Source: Octopus sinensis (lineage: Eukaryota). Taken from it: a stretch of 64,000 nucleotides of DNA. Positions 25,720 through 39,399 of this stretch are shown here, piece by piece. Location of the stretch: NCBI RefSeq assembly GCF_006345805.1, contig NW_021833018.1:124001-188000 (forward strand), read 5' to 3'. Below the pieces are notes generated by a model. It was not told where the DNA came from. It did no database searches and saw only the letters and a program-made list of their open reading frames with translations. Position 1 is the first letter of the stretch. Each line of letters opens with the position of its first letter. A program made the position numbers and the translations under genes.

Positions 25720-27050
25720 AGGACCTACGTTCACTCCACGCATGGGCAGATCCATGTCGATACGCAGTCTATATTCAGAAGCTGCCCCTGAACGGACATT
25801 TATGACCTGTGCCTCGTCACAGCTTGCATGCTCTCTAAGATCTTCCGCAACACCAGTGTCTGGATATATGACTTCACTCTATCCTCTACTCCAACCCCCT
25901 CCAGATTGTTCTTTGATAAGTGTAATTGTGTTGCACGATTTGTCGTGAATAAAAATTTCGAGTTTGTTATTCGAGATAGCAGTATCCGTCGAAAGTTTTG
26001 TCTTAACCCGGATTTCTACAAATTCGTTGATGGTAACTGATTGGGCTAAATAGATTTTTTAATTTTTTCAACTTTTTTACCTGATATTGGCGACGTAGAT
26101 GCAGGTGTTTGATTACTTCGTTATGGAGTCTGAGATAAAAAGAGTTAAGCATTCTCCCACTTCTTGTGGCAAAGTGATCAACGATCTATTTGGATGAGTT
26201 GCAGTGGTTTCATTTATTTTCTTCGTTATTGAAAGCAAGTTGCGATCCTGCAGTAGGCAGAGACTTGCTTCAGTTCTGAAAGAATTGTCTTCATCTTTAA
26301 ATTAATGAACCACTAGAATTCCTTCTTTTTTAAGCAGTAATTTGCTTCATGATCCTAATCACAATAAAGTGGAAGAGCATTCTTTTCGCTTTGTTACTGA
26401 TTCCAAATGATTCCAGACCTCTCCAAATTCATTTCTTAAAGATAAAGTTTTTCTTTGTGGGTTGCAACTTCTTTTACCATCATTTCCATTACGTCATTGT
26501 AATGCGAAAATAGCTTTATATCGTCCATAAATAGGAGGTGATTACTGTCATATGCGGGTCCCCTCCCACTCTGAGTTTCCCATCATTACTTTCGGGAATT
26601 TTCCGTTGAGCATTCAGCTCAAGATGTCCTTTAACAACACAGGTGAGAGAATCTCTGCGGTATACCTATATATTGATTTTAACCTATACCAATGTTCTGT
26701 TTTTCAAATTTATACCGATTGTCAATTTTGTGGTAAGTTTCTGAATAAACACTTCCATCCAACACTGGAAGCCAAATTTTTGCAGAATCTGGATTAAGAA
26801 TTCGTAATCGACCGAGTCAAATGTTTTCCTCACATCAATCTACATAGACTTATTTACATTTGCTGGTTGATACACTGATTGACGATTGCCTGTTCCTTGC
26901 TCCCTGACACATTCTTTGTGTTCCAAGTTGATTGTTATTAATTAGGCAATATGCTTCAATATATTCAGATAGTTTTTATTCACAAACACTAAAAATTTTC
27001 AAAATTCGTGGAATATAAACACCCTCACCTTTATACTTACTTACCTGTTA
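25720..27050 (-). mobile_element. Degenerate RLE-type non-LTR retrotransposon remnant (same group as 4147-7674)
   Basis: Minus-strand QLGTQRMCQGA, IDVRKTFDSVD, LQDRN fragments with deletions; boundaries approximate. Confidence 0.65.
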
Positions 27051-27214
27051 ACATCGTCGCTTCTATTACGTTAGTCATCAAGTTTTTGATAACTAACATC
27101 GTTCCGTTGCATCATCTAGGTGGCGACAGATTTTTTATTTTTTGAGTTTTCTTTTTTTGATTTTGTAGTATCTTCTTTCCTATTTAGTTATTAGATTTTG
27201 TAGTATCTCATCCA

Positions 27215-27356
27215 GATAGGTTGCGTCCCTTACGAGGCCTTTTCCGCCCTCAAAAGGGAAAAGGGTCATCCCGTCAGGACGTTTCCCGTCACCGCGGTCA
27301 AGACCCGGTGGTTCGAGAACCTAAGGAAATCCCGCCGAGTCGAGGGCCCTCCGTTC
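27215..27356 (-). mobile_element. Short CRE retrotransposon fragment
   Basis: [39 protein letters not shown]; near-identical to 19124-19164 and 17110-17136. Confidence 0.8.
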
Positions 27357-27671
27357 TCCCAACTCAATTGAAATCTTTTGGAATCTAACTTTATTTTAAT
27401 TTGTTTTATTTTTTGGTCAATATTTTATTTGATACTATAATCAGTATAATAGAAATAGGTTTTCAAATATCATTTATCAATTAATTTTATTCTAAATTCT
27501 ACTGATTCTATAAAAATACATTTTTAGGAAAAGATCATGATTTTAAATTCCTGAAGTTACACACACTGGTTTCTGCAACTAATTAATAGATTTTCATATA
27601 TTTAAGCTCGTATTTGGAGCTTTTTGGTTTATCCAAACCAGTCTGATAAACAGGACAGATAAAATCATATA

Positions 27672-30424
27672 CAGTCAACCCTCTCTATAGTGAACCCTCT
27701 CTATAGTGAACAGGCCATATTAATGCAATCTACAATAACAAATATTAGTAATTCTCATTAATATATTTATTATAAAATGAATACCACGTTTAAAAATGTA
27801 TAATATCATTTATTTAAATATTTTTGTGTTCACTATTAAAGAATAGTGAACGTCAAATTTGTGTGAACATAAAAATATTAAATTTAATATTTTTACATAT
27901 ATATTTAAAATTCTTTAAAATGAATATACTACACGTTCTACAGTTGTTAGCATGGTGGAAAATTGAAAACGCCTGTCATTTTTTCAAAAGAAGGAAATAA
28001 TCGAATTTTATCATAAAAATAGACATTACACACAGCGCGATTTATCCCTTTATTTCAATGTTTCTCCGGGCTGCATAAACAAAATTTTGAAAAATTCTGA
28101 AGGAATACTTAATGTTCAAGATGACCAAAAAAAGAAGAAAATTTACTTGCCCAAGTCTCAACCATTCGACAGAGATCTATTTGAATGGTTCGTTAAAAAA
28201 CGATCATTTGGATTTACAATCAATGAATATCTTTTGAAGTCCATGTCTCTAAAAATGGCGAAAGTTTGTAATATTCAAGGATTTCAAGCATCAAATGGAT
28301 GGCTTGAGAAATTTAAAAATCGATATTGCATTGCTTCCCGTGCTTTATGTGGGGAAAATCAATTTGTTGAAACCTCTGTGATTGAAAATTTTACAGAAAG
28401 CCTCAATAGAAAATTAGAACAATATTGTTCAAAAAATATTTTTAATTTGGACGAAACTGGATTGTTTTTTAAACTTTTGTCGAACAGAACATTAGCTGTT
28501 GACTCGGACAAAAATCTGTCTAATAAACCGATAAAAGAAAGAGTAACTGTTATGTTTTGCGTTAGTATGATGGGAGAAAAACTTGACCCATTTGTTATTG
28601 GAAAAGCCAAAAATCCACGCTGCTTTAAAGGAAGAAGAAATTTAATTAATAATTTACAAGTGGAATACAAATCAAATAAAAAAGCATGGAAGACATATGG
28701 TTATTTCTCAGAATGGCTCATAGAATTGAACAAAAAAATAATTTTGCAAAAAAGAAAAATTCTAATTCTACTTGATAATGCGACTGTACACTCACGTGAT
28801 TTAGAGTTCAGTAACATCGAACTCTTTTTTTCCCTCCAAATACAACATCGAAGTTACAACCCCTTGATCAAGGTATGTCACGAGCCTAGGTTGTTACCGA
28901 GCCTAGGTCGTGACATTTCGCTTATTTTTCTATAAAGATTAAAAATTAATTTATCCCTAATCCTAATAAAATTATTCTTAATATTTAAAATTAATCTATT
29001 AAATATTGAAACAAAAATATCCGGATAACCATACATCTGTAATTGTAATATATATATAAAGGCGTGTTTTTCTGTGTTACTTATGTCGCGTTCTTTTGTA
29101 AGAGATATGGATGGGTATCGATTGCGTGTTCATGGGTGTTCATCAGTCAAACATTCATTTAAAATTGGAGATAAGGTAAACTCAAATTATTCTAAATTGT
29201 AGATAAGGATTCAAAAGGACTATGGTACCAATCCTTCACTTGCACTCAAGAAATTCGAAAGTCCATACGGAGAAGTTTGTACAATAAGTGAAATCCTCCC
29301 GCATAATATGGTCAGAGTTGAAATGGACGATGGAACTACTAAGAAGACGCTTATGAAAAGAATTAAAAAATTTAAATAACATAATTTGTCTTGATTGTTT
29401 TGTTAATAAAAAAATTTAAATCCTAATTAGCAGAGAAACATTTATAGCCGAACATTCAAATAGACAAAATTTTCGAATAAAATAACATTTTCTGCGTATT
29501 TTTTTTATTTGAAGCATTTTGAATTTTTCTTATTTGAACAAAATAGCAATTCATAAATTAAAATATTATTTTTAGTTAGGAAATCGATTTTAAAGCACAG
29601 ACTAGTTGGCATTAATTTTAAATTTTATCATCGAAAATATTGGCATCCAATTCCATTTTAAGTATTTGTCATTGAAATTGAATTCAAATATTTTTTTGAA
29701 TTTTTTTCTAAGTCCATAAGTGTAACGACCTAGGCTCGGTAACATCCTAGGCTCGTGACATAATAAAATCATTCAAAGACAGGTATAGACAACTCCGATG
29801 TGCACACTTGATTGAATTTTATACTAATGATGACAATGTAGATCACGAAAAAGTTACGGAAAAGTTGAAGAAATTCACTCTATTGAATTGCTTGATATTC
29901 ATAAATCAAGCTTGGTTAGAAGTGTCGGAATTAACAATTACAAATTGTTTCAAGAAAGCATTTGAAAATGCGTTAATACAGAACCTGACAGAAATAGAAG
30001 AAATAGATGATGAAAATTTTTTGATTCATGAAAATGATCAAATTGACGACGAAAACTTTATACAGAACTTTGCGAGAAAATTAACACAGCAAAACCAAGT
30101 TGAAGAAGAAGATGAAATAATTTATGTTCTGACACTATATGAAGCTAGTGAATATGCAAAGGCGCTTGAATTATGGTTTATTGAGAATGATTATGAACAA
30201 AGAGGAAAAGTATACAAAATAAAAAAAATTAAGAAATTATCAAACTAATCATTCTCAAAAATCACCGATTGCATGATTAAGATTTCTAAATAATCTTTGT
30301 AATTATAATTTAATATTGTTCATTGTTATTTTGAGTTCTTGTTCTATTTGTTTGTTCGCTATAGACAATAGTGAACATGGTGTTTTGACGTAAACATTTT
30401 GTTAACTATAGAGAGGGTTGACTG
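27672..30424 (+). mobile_element. Tigger/pogo (Tc1/mariner) transposon, interrupted
   Basis: TIR CAGTCAACCCTCTCTATAGT with TA at both ends; ASNGWLEKFKNRY, NLDETGLF, LLDNATVH, QPLDQG^IIKSFK. Confidence 0.93.
28876..29760 (+). mobile_element. Non-autonomous Ginger-like element (TGT..ACA, ~40-bp TIR) nested in the Tigger
   Basis: TIR TGTCACGAGCCTAGG.. / ..CCTAGGCTCGTGACA; interior 29130-29580 matches the reverse complement of 55680-56130. Confidence 0.85.
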
Positions 30425-30722
30425 TATATAAATTTTTAAAGAATTTTTATCGTTTTTTAAATACTCTTTTAAAAATACGAAAACGAGACGCTATATATTT
30501 GATCCCGTAAAAGTATGAAATATGATTTAAGCTTTAAAAATGATATAATAGTATTCTCAAGACGAATTTTTATGAAAATCGTAAATAATTAAAATATCGA
30601 ATAGGCTGATAAGCATAATCTCATAATTAAGATTCTAAGTTTAATTGTCTGATCGATGTCTGCATTTTAATCGTTTTTCGCTTTCATATAATTAAAGTTA
30701 TTATTGATTAAAGTAATATATT

Positions 30723-33700
30723 TTGTTTAGTGGTGTAAGGATGGTTGGTTTTTCTCAGTCTGGAAAAGTCATTTCCATGGACGCATCCACAGAATACCAA
30801 GTAAATGACGCTCAAGAAAATGTGGATTTGTCTGTTCATGGCTGTCTTAATGCCCCTGTCAAATACAATGAAACTCAGCAGCTCTCGTCAACTTTGTTAT
30901 CCTTAAAAGCTATTTGTGAGTCTATTGATTCGTCCAACCCAGGAGAGTGGATGTCATCTCTTTTGAACTATGTCAAAGATCGTCTCAAGCGAGTACCTAG
31001 GGGGGGGTGGCCACTTATGGCCAGCTATTTTAATTTAAATTTGGTAAGAAAAAATCGATATTCGAATTGAAAAAACTTGCTACTACTTTCCGCGGAAATA
31101 ATGAAATCACCAAAACTGGACATAATATGAATAGAAAATTACCTGATTTGACACTGTACAACAAAATTTTTGAAGAATATTAATTCAAATTGATCAAAAT
31201 AAATCAATACCAATCGAAGAAAGGAAGCAAACAAGAAAGATTCAATCTCAGCATGTAAATCATGAAGTGATTGAAATGATTAATAAAGCCCTAATTGAAT
31301 ACACGTCGAATAACATTCCTGCAAGTATTGAGGATATTTCGTCTTTGATATACTCAGCACAATGTGTATATCAACAGATATCAAGTAAATTGACATTCAA
31401 GTCGAATTGGAAACAAAAAATCCAAAATAAAATTGAATCTTTGATGGAGAATGATCGGTTAATATCAAAGCATTTTATGTCCACCACTAAAGATGAGGAA
31501 CGGAAGAAAGCAGTAGACATTCTCTGCTCCTACAATTATAAGAAGTCTAAAAGGGGGGAGTTTGAGAGAATATCGTCTACAATAAATGATCAAATCAAAA
31601 TAAACAAAAAGTTATCAGTTTCAGATTCAAGAAGGCAATATGGAATAGATAATAGAAACTTCGAGTTGAACAGAAGATCGTTCTACAGAAAGCTGAATCC
31701 CAATTCTGATAACAAACAAATTGCTGGTTTTGACTCGTCTGAGTGTCTCAAGTTTTGGGGTGATGTTTGGAAGAAAAGGATAAAACTGATTTGGGCCTTG
31801 GAGTGAACAAAAGAGTAACTGGAGTGGAAGATAATGCACCTGACGTTAGCGACGAGTTTATATCAAACTTAATTGAGTACCTTCCTAATTGGAAGGCTCC
31901 GGGATGTGATGCTGTGTACAATTTCTTTATCAAAAAGCTGGACTCTCTTCACAAATTTCTTTTCCAAGAGATCAGAAATATTATTAATGGTGTCAGTCAA
32001 CCACAAGGATGGTTTTACACTGGAATTACATTTTTAATCCCAAAGAAAGCAAACTCTGTTGATCCGAAGGACCTTAGACCAATTACATGCATGCCGTGCT
32101 TATATAAATTGGTCACAAAATGTGTGAACGAAAAAATCGCTGTATATGCTGATACTTACGATCTGATAACGGAGTTCCAGTTGGGATCTAAACGCCATTG
32201 CCAAGGAGCAAAGGAATTAGCGCTTCTAAATAGACGCGTTAATGAAGTTTATGGAAACAAATTATTATGTGCATGGATCGACGTAAAGAAAGCTTTTGAC
32301 TCAGTGAGTCACGAATTTCTTTTTGAAGTTTTGGAAAACTCAGGACTACCTAAATGGATAACGAAATTTATGATGTCAATAATTCCTAACTGGAGAGTGT
32401 CGTTAAGATTAGGAAAAGAGCTGCTTGGAACAGTTAATATTGATCGTGGTATACTCCAAGGTGACTCACTGTCACCACAGTTATTTGTATTGGTCTTGGA
32501 TCCATTAAGCAGGATTTTATCTTTAAAATATCCGAGTATGTCAATCAATACTGGTGAAGACAAGTCCTTAACCTTTTCTACCAATCATTTTCTATTCATC
32601 GATGATTTGAAGCTTTTTGCTCAGAAGGAAGAGACACTGGCACGCATGATGGAGGATGTGAACATTTACTTTAAACTGGCTGGTTTGGAGAAGAATTTTG
32701 AGAAATCAGCGACAAATTGTTATTTGTTGAGGAATGAAGCTACATTAATGGATGGACTACAATCAAATGAACAGCTCAAAGATTGTCACAGACGGACCAA
32801 ACTCGCTGAGTTCTACGAATATCTCAAGGATGATGAGTTTCCGAGACTAAAGAATTTTGCGATAAAGATGATTTCTATATTTGGCACAACTTACCAATGT
32901 GAGCAAACGTTTTCGAGGATGAAATATGTTAAGTCTGCCCATCGTGCAAGATTGACTGACGGACACTTAAAATCAATTCTCATGATAGGATGCAGCAATT
33001 TAAAACCAAATATTGATGAACTTATCAAAAAAAGATCACAGTTCCATAGCTCTCATTAAAATTTTTGTTTACTTTATTTTTGTTTAAATTAGTTTTTATT
33101 GTAAAAAACACACTTATGAATTTCTAGTAAAATTATAATCCTATGCACGTGCTCCGGCCCGCGTTCATTGTGTTGGGGTCAATCCGGCCCGCGAGTGCAA
33201 AAAGTTTGGTGACCCCTGGACTAGATAGCTATCGCTATCTGGGGGTGCTAGAAGACAGATGCAGTAATGTTCTTAAAGAGGATGTACTCAAAAATATTAA
33301 AGAAGAAATGCAAAAGCGTATTGGAAGACTATCGGAAACTAAACTAAATGCAGTCAATCTATTTAGAGCAATTAATGAGCATGCTCTATCGCTGATTAAC
33401 TATTATATCGGTCTACTCGATCTGGAACCATCTTGTTTCGAAGAAATGGACAAGTTTGTCAGAAAGCTGTTGGCTGATTTGAAAATTCACATGAAGCCAG
33501 CCTGTAAAGAAAGACTGTATCTGCCAAGAGATACACTTGGAAGGGGACTTGTATCAGTTGCCTTTAAGGCGGAAAAAATGCTGTTGGACTTCAAAACCAA
33601 TTTGGAAAGGCGAAAGTTAATCTCCTTGAGAAAAGCAGCAATTTTGTGGGCCGAACAGAAAAGGAAAACCCATATGGCCACAATCACAGAATTCCTGCAT

Positions 33701-34830
33701 TGTAAATATGGAACAACCACACTCGATGAGATTGCTAAATCACTACGTGACTTGCAGATAGAGTCACTGTTGCTTAGTATTAAAAAGAAAAGGTTGCATT
33801 CGAAGCTATTTGAGTCGCTTGAGAATAATACTTTTGATATCCCAACATCTTCAACATGGCTAAAGAAAGGGAATATATCTCCTAAATCTGAGGCAATGTT
33901 CTCTTTTCTTCAAGACAGAAACGTCTTTTTCAGAAACTCTGATGAAAAATGCCCACATTGTAAATCCTCGCCTAAAACCGTGGACCATCTTGCGACGCGA
34001 TGCAGTAGAATGCTAAATTCAGATTATACCAGAAGGCATAACGAGATTGTGAGGTGTTCACATGCACTTGTGTCGGAGATTTGGAATGAAGAAGTCCAAG
34101 AGACTGAAAAACCACTCCGTGCAGTGTATAATGTCGAATAGCTCTGCGGAAATTCGGGTCGATACTACAATTCCAACTGAACTAAAAATACAATATAACA
34201 AGCCTGATATATTCCTGTATGACAAGAAGGAAAATTTGATATGGATCATTGAAGTGGGTGTTACCTCGATAGATAATTTGAAATCGGTGGAAGTGGAAAA
34301 AATGCATAAATACGACATTCTAGCCAGTGAATTACAATTAATTCACAAGGCTAAGGTAAAGATTGTACCGATTGTCCTCACGTGGGATGGGATAGTCTCT
34401 ACATTCTTCAGAAAATATATGGACCTTCTTAAAATCAAAGAAAGTGTGCAAGCATACATCCAGACTGTTGGTTTGAAAAAAACAATGGAAAGCATGATAG
34501 TAGAACACAAATTTGGCTTCGAAAATATGTCTACCTCAGGTAACTCATTTGACGAAGGACGGAAATCGGTGAAGAGACGGCGAGATTCTGTAGTTTCCGC
34601 CGATGAAGGAAACAACTCCGAAGTGGGAACAGATAGCGGGAAGAGGATTCCGAGAGTAAACTTGGCGGAGCAAACTAATATGGAAAAGGAAAGTTAATTA
34701 GTTAATTAATTAAATTTCAAAATTGTGGACAATTTTGATTAAAGTTATTAAAAAGCTAGAATATTTTATAACATAGGTCAAAGCCTATGATGGGCTCGGG
34801 CAATTAACCGAGTCATAATTTTAATGTTAA
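30723..34830 (+). mobile_element. RLE-type non-LTR retrotransposon, frameshifted, interrupted by a hAT fragment
   Basis: LRPITCMPCLYK, WIDVKKAFDSV, GILQGDSLSP, FIDDLKL, LQDRN..CPHC, KPDI..IIEVG; homologous to 4147-7674. Confidence 0.9.
32760..33218 (+). mobile_element. 3' part of a Buster-type hAT (dimerisation domain plus right TIR)
   Basis: SIFGTTYQCEQTFSRMK..RARLTD..FHSSH*; TIR TTTGGTGACCCCTG followed by GACTAGAT. Confidence 0.88.
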
Positions 34831-35560
34831 AAAAAACATTTTCGAAATACTCTTATATGTAAACTACTGCAATGTCGTTTGAAGTAACATTTTTTTGTCT
34901 GTAAAACATCATCACTATCATCGGGAATGCTAATAAAATTAAAAATAATTAATATTACGGAAAAAATACTTAGTTTATGTTGATTCACAGTGAATCATTC
35001 TCTTTACCAACGTAGTTAGCACCCAAGGCAACTGATAATGGGGAAATCGATTTTTTTAATTTCAAACGCCTCTTAAAATGAATCCCCAAAAACTGACTTT
35101 TGGTAAATAAACGTCTATCAGGTTATCAATCAATGAAATTTTGGTATTTGATAAATGGTACTATCTACTCTTGCATAATACAGTAAAACATCTGCTGGTT
35201 GCCACACCTCTTATCCATAAAAATACATTTTTTAAGGAAATTTGATAAATATTCTCTTTCTCGTACTATTTTTTTGTTAAACTGTTTTTAAATAAAATTT
35301 GTTCTAACACGCTAGAGCTAATATGTGAAAGTGCACTAGATTGTTTATTAGTAAAAACTTCGTATAATTTTTTACATGAGAATAATAAAATTCCGTTGAT
35401 GAAGCTCTATTTTTTCTTTTATCTTGAGGACAAAATCTTACCTCAAGAAAGTTATCTTGAAAGTTATTAGAATCTTATAAGAAGTTGAATTTGAAAGACG
35501 GACTTTTTTACTTATTTAAAATGGAACATAGTCACAGACCAAACAATAAAAAACTATTTT

Positions 35561-35892
35561 ACAAATATGGTTTAAAAAAATTTTTTACTTTGCAAATAAT
35601 GAATGCAAAACAACGAAGAGAAGAGAAGATTGTATAATTACAAAGGATAAACAAAACAACTGAAATTAGATAAATAGTGGGAAGAGGACTATGAGAAACT
35701 TAAAATCAAAAAAAGTTTCTTAGCAATTAGTTGAAAGAAAGCATTGGAAGCATCCTTGTATGATACAAATATGGTTTAAAAATTTTTTTCAATTTGCTTA
35801 TAATGAATGTAAATCAAAGAAGATACGACAAAGTTATATAATTACAAAGGATGAACAAAACAACTGAATTTAAGAGGACTGTGAAAAACTTG
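35561..35892. repeat. Diverged direct duplication of an AT-rich segment, ~200-bp period
   Basis: ACAAATATGGTTTAAAAA..TATAATTACAAAGGAT..AACAAAACAACTGAA at 35561 and 35765. Confidence 0.7.
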
Positions 35893-36064
35893 TCTGTGGC
35901 TGTTAAACCAGAAATATTTTAATTAGTTGATGGAGTTTTGATCATTACGTTATTTTATAAAAAATTATACTGTAATTTCTAGTCTGAATAATGAGATATT
36001 AAGAAATAATTGTAAAAATGAAATAATTTTAACAATATATATTGTAGATTAACTCAGAATACAA

Positions 36065-37940
36065 TTCTAGATCCGCACCGGCAGGGGTGGGGACTACAGA
36101 TCGGAAGTCCGAGGCGGAGGCAAATGCCAAAACGGAGGGCGTCGGAGTCAAGACAGGTGTCCAAATGGGTCGAAGGAAGGCAGTTAAGCCAAGAGCCAGA
36201 ATGCGGTTGGCGGCTGGCACGGTAACAAGCCAGTCTGTGCTGGTTCAGGAGAGCCTCCAACGAGTCCGCATGATGCTTACTAAGAATTTTATCCCATTCA
36301 CGTTGGAGGGACCTATCAGAAGGGAACTCAAGCCCTTTTTCCTTCCAAAGCAAAAGTGCAGAATTAATATCAGAGTCCAAACGAGATCCGGGCGATTTTT
36401 CAAGAATCTTATGGACAAGAAGATACAATCCTGAAGACGATGAAAGGAAAGCGGGAAGAGAAATGTCGAGAGCCGAGCGGAGCCAAGCCCACCAAAGGAA
36501 CAGGAAGTTTGGCCTGACGCCAACCGACATCATCGAACTTGACGTTAAAAATAATCTCGGCTGAAGAACGCACCAGAGCGTCAAAAGACTCCAAAGCAGA
36601 GGGAACAGAAAAGCAACAGGAACTCCTTAGGACATAATTGATCCTCGGAATCAAAAGAAAGTTTTTGAGGATAAAAAAAGCGGGATGGGGATCGATGTCC
36701 ACAAGTTTATCACAAAGAGAAGCAAGAGCATTTCTCTTGGAATCGAGAATACGAGAGACCGATTGGTGGTGGATCGGGGCACCCAGGATTTCAAGTTCAG
36801 AATAAGAGGTCTGCCTCAGATCGGGCAAGAGGCCACGAAACTGGGCAAAAAGGTCTTCGAAGGTGAGGTCTTCGACGTTAAGATTAACGATTTCAGATTT
36901 TAGAGAATTGATTTCAAGACCAATAGATGACAACGCCGGAGTAGAGATTGCAAGTCGTTTAGCAAAATGTCGGGCGGACCACCAATAGTACAGTCGTCCA
37001 AATACCAAATATTAAAGGGGACGCAATCCTGCGGGCGACAAAGTCCACCGAGAGGGCAAATAATAAAGGACCCAAAGGATCGCCTTGCTGTACGCCACAG
37101 GAAGACGAAATGAAAGAATCGCCAGCAACCAAGAGGCTCGGGTTACCATAAGAAAGAAAAATGAAGGGCAGCAGAGAAGGAATTCTGGCCTTGCAAACCT
37201 CAAGAAGATGCTTTCTATTGAGCGAATTGAAAGCGTTCTTCACATCCAATTTTAATAATAACTGGGGCCGCTCTGAGAGACGAGCCGATTCAATGAAACA
37301 CCGGGCAGCGTGGACCGAGGCCTCGCACCCACCAGGAACCCCCCACCCAACTGAATGGGCTGGAGTTCGTCGCTAATAGAAGGAATTACAAGCTTGCATC
37401 CGACCTTTGCAAACAAGCGACGAAAAACGTTCCCGACGGCAATAGGTCTGATGCCGCCGTCTTTCTTCCCAAAGCAGACAGGTTCGCAGAGAAGAAGAGC
37501 AGTCTGGCATGCTCGGATATGTCCCCACGGAGAAATAGGTTACAAAGCTTGGCAATGGATTGAGAAAGACGGTTTCCAGCCTCAGCAGTATTGGAGATGA
37601 GGTCCATTAAGTGAATGGGACGGAGACCGTCAACACCACCACTACTGTTCCCCCTGAAAGATTTCAAAGCAAACCAAAGTTGTTGGACAGATGAAGAGGC
37701 GATCGAGACCTCCTCAGGGGTCCGGGCACAAAAGGCAGGGACATCGCCAGCCGGGTGCTTGGCGCTGAGAATTTTGAGGACATCCGGGGTTATCGAACGG
37801 ACGGAATCGGAAGACGAAAGAATACGGACCGCAGAGCCGACATCATGCGCCATAAGGCAGGAATTGACACGTTTGCGTAAACGAATACGATTATCTTTAA
37901 GAGTAGTTGGTTCATGGGACTTGCCCAGAAGAGGAGGCAG
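36065..37940 (-). mobile_element. CRE-clade non-LTR retrotransposon, truncated and frameshifted
   Basis: GGVDGLRPIHL, LDVKNAFNS, GVQQGDPLGPLLF, HSGSWLNCLP..LRLGLPICSPHPCRCG. Confidence 0.87.
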
Positions 37941-38223
37941 AAGAGTTATTATTTTAATTAACAATTAACTTTGTAAAAGAATGACAAAAAACGGAGAGAA
38001 ACTATAATTTCTACAAGTTTGTGTTTTGTTTCGAATCGTCTATTATTACAAAAAGAGAATAAAAAAGATGTCGTCTTTTGACTAGATGAAAGTGTTGCCC
38101 CAAGATACTTTGACCAAAATATTTGGAATTAAAAATAAAATATAAAAAAATCTAATAGATAATAAATATTTTATAATTTAACTTTAGATTAATATATTAT
38201 TAATACGAAATTTGAATTACTTT

Positions 38224-39365
38224 ATGAGGTGATTTCTTATGAAAAAATATTTTTAGATCAATTTCAGACTACGAACGTAGTTTTTTTGCTAAAATACTAG
38301 TTGATGATTCACCTTTAAAGGACCACGTCCCAAACCGACGTGAGCTAGACTTTTCTTCAGACAATTCTCAAGAAAGCCTGGTTACACTAGATACTCTAAA
38401 TTCAGCAGATAGATAAAGGTGATAGTGTCCGAATCAATGTTGAATTTCCTCAAATCAACTGTAATCTCGGAAAAGAACTATATTTTGCCAAACTTCCAAA
38501 CATTCTCAGTTTAGAAAGCAGGTTTTTGATCAAACCTGAATATGAATAGACGATTTGACCAAGCTTTATATGAAGACGAACTTGAAGAGAACACAACTGA
38601 TGGATCTTCTCGTCTTAAACTAAAAGTTTGAATTTGTATTATAAGATTGCTATTCTAGGTTGAAAATATGATTCGGTGGCGGTATAAAGTTGATCAGAAT
38701 GGAAATCCGTTAATGGACCCAGATTCGGGAACTATTTTGAAGGAATCGAACACACGTATTGTCAAATGGTCTGATGGAAGCATGACTTTACATTTGGGAG
38801 GAGAAGTGTTTGACGTGACCAATGTGAATACTGAAAATGAGTTCAGTCACTTATTTCTTCGTCAAGGAACTGGACTTCAAGGTCAGGCCGTGATTGAGCG
38901 GAAGCTCTTGTTTCGGCCAATCACAACAGACAGTGTCACACACCGGAAAATGGCCATGTCTGTCGCAGCCACACAGTTTTCCAAGCGACAGAAAATTAAA
39001 TTCATATCGATGGTTGAGGAGAATCCAGAGAGTAGTCGGGAGGAGCTCTCAAAGGTTTGAATACTTCTGTGTTTTGCCAGATAGAGGAGGAAAAGAACCG
39101 AAATGCAGCCAAACTCGAGAGTAGTCAACGACGGACCAAAAATCGTCTTTATTCTACGAAGGGGGCGAATTTTGGAATGTTCGACGGGTCTGCCAATGAC
39201 GATTACGAATCTTCTCATCGGAGACGGCAGATTAGTTCCCGACCTAGTTTCTAGATGAGTATTATATATCCACTAGTCGAGGATTCCGACGACGAGGGAA
39301 GTGATAGCTCTGGGTTCTGGCATAAGAAACGCAAGAGGCGTCTTGTCTCTTCTGACGATGATTAA
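38224..39365 (+). CDS. LEO1: PAF1 complex subunit Leo1
   Basis: KLPNILSLES, LKLK^VENMIRWR, ESNTRIVKWSDGSMTLHLGGEVFDV, HLFLRQGTGLQGQAV, TDSVTHRKM. The start assumes a 5-nt first coding exon. Confidence 0.9.
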
Positions 39366-39399
39366 TTCTTTTGTTCAATATATTTTGTTATTAAATGAA

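Noticed and set aside
33143-33220. N-terminus of the 332-aa ORF as a real protein start
   Set aside because: It reads through the hAT subterminal region and TIR into the retrotransposon frame by chance.
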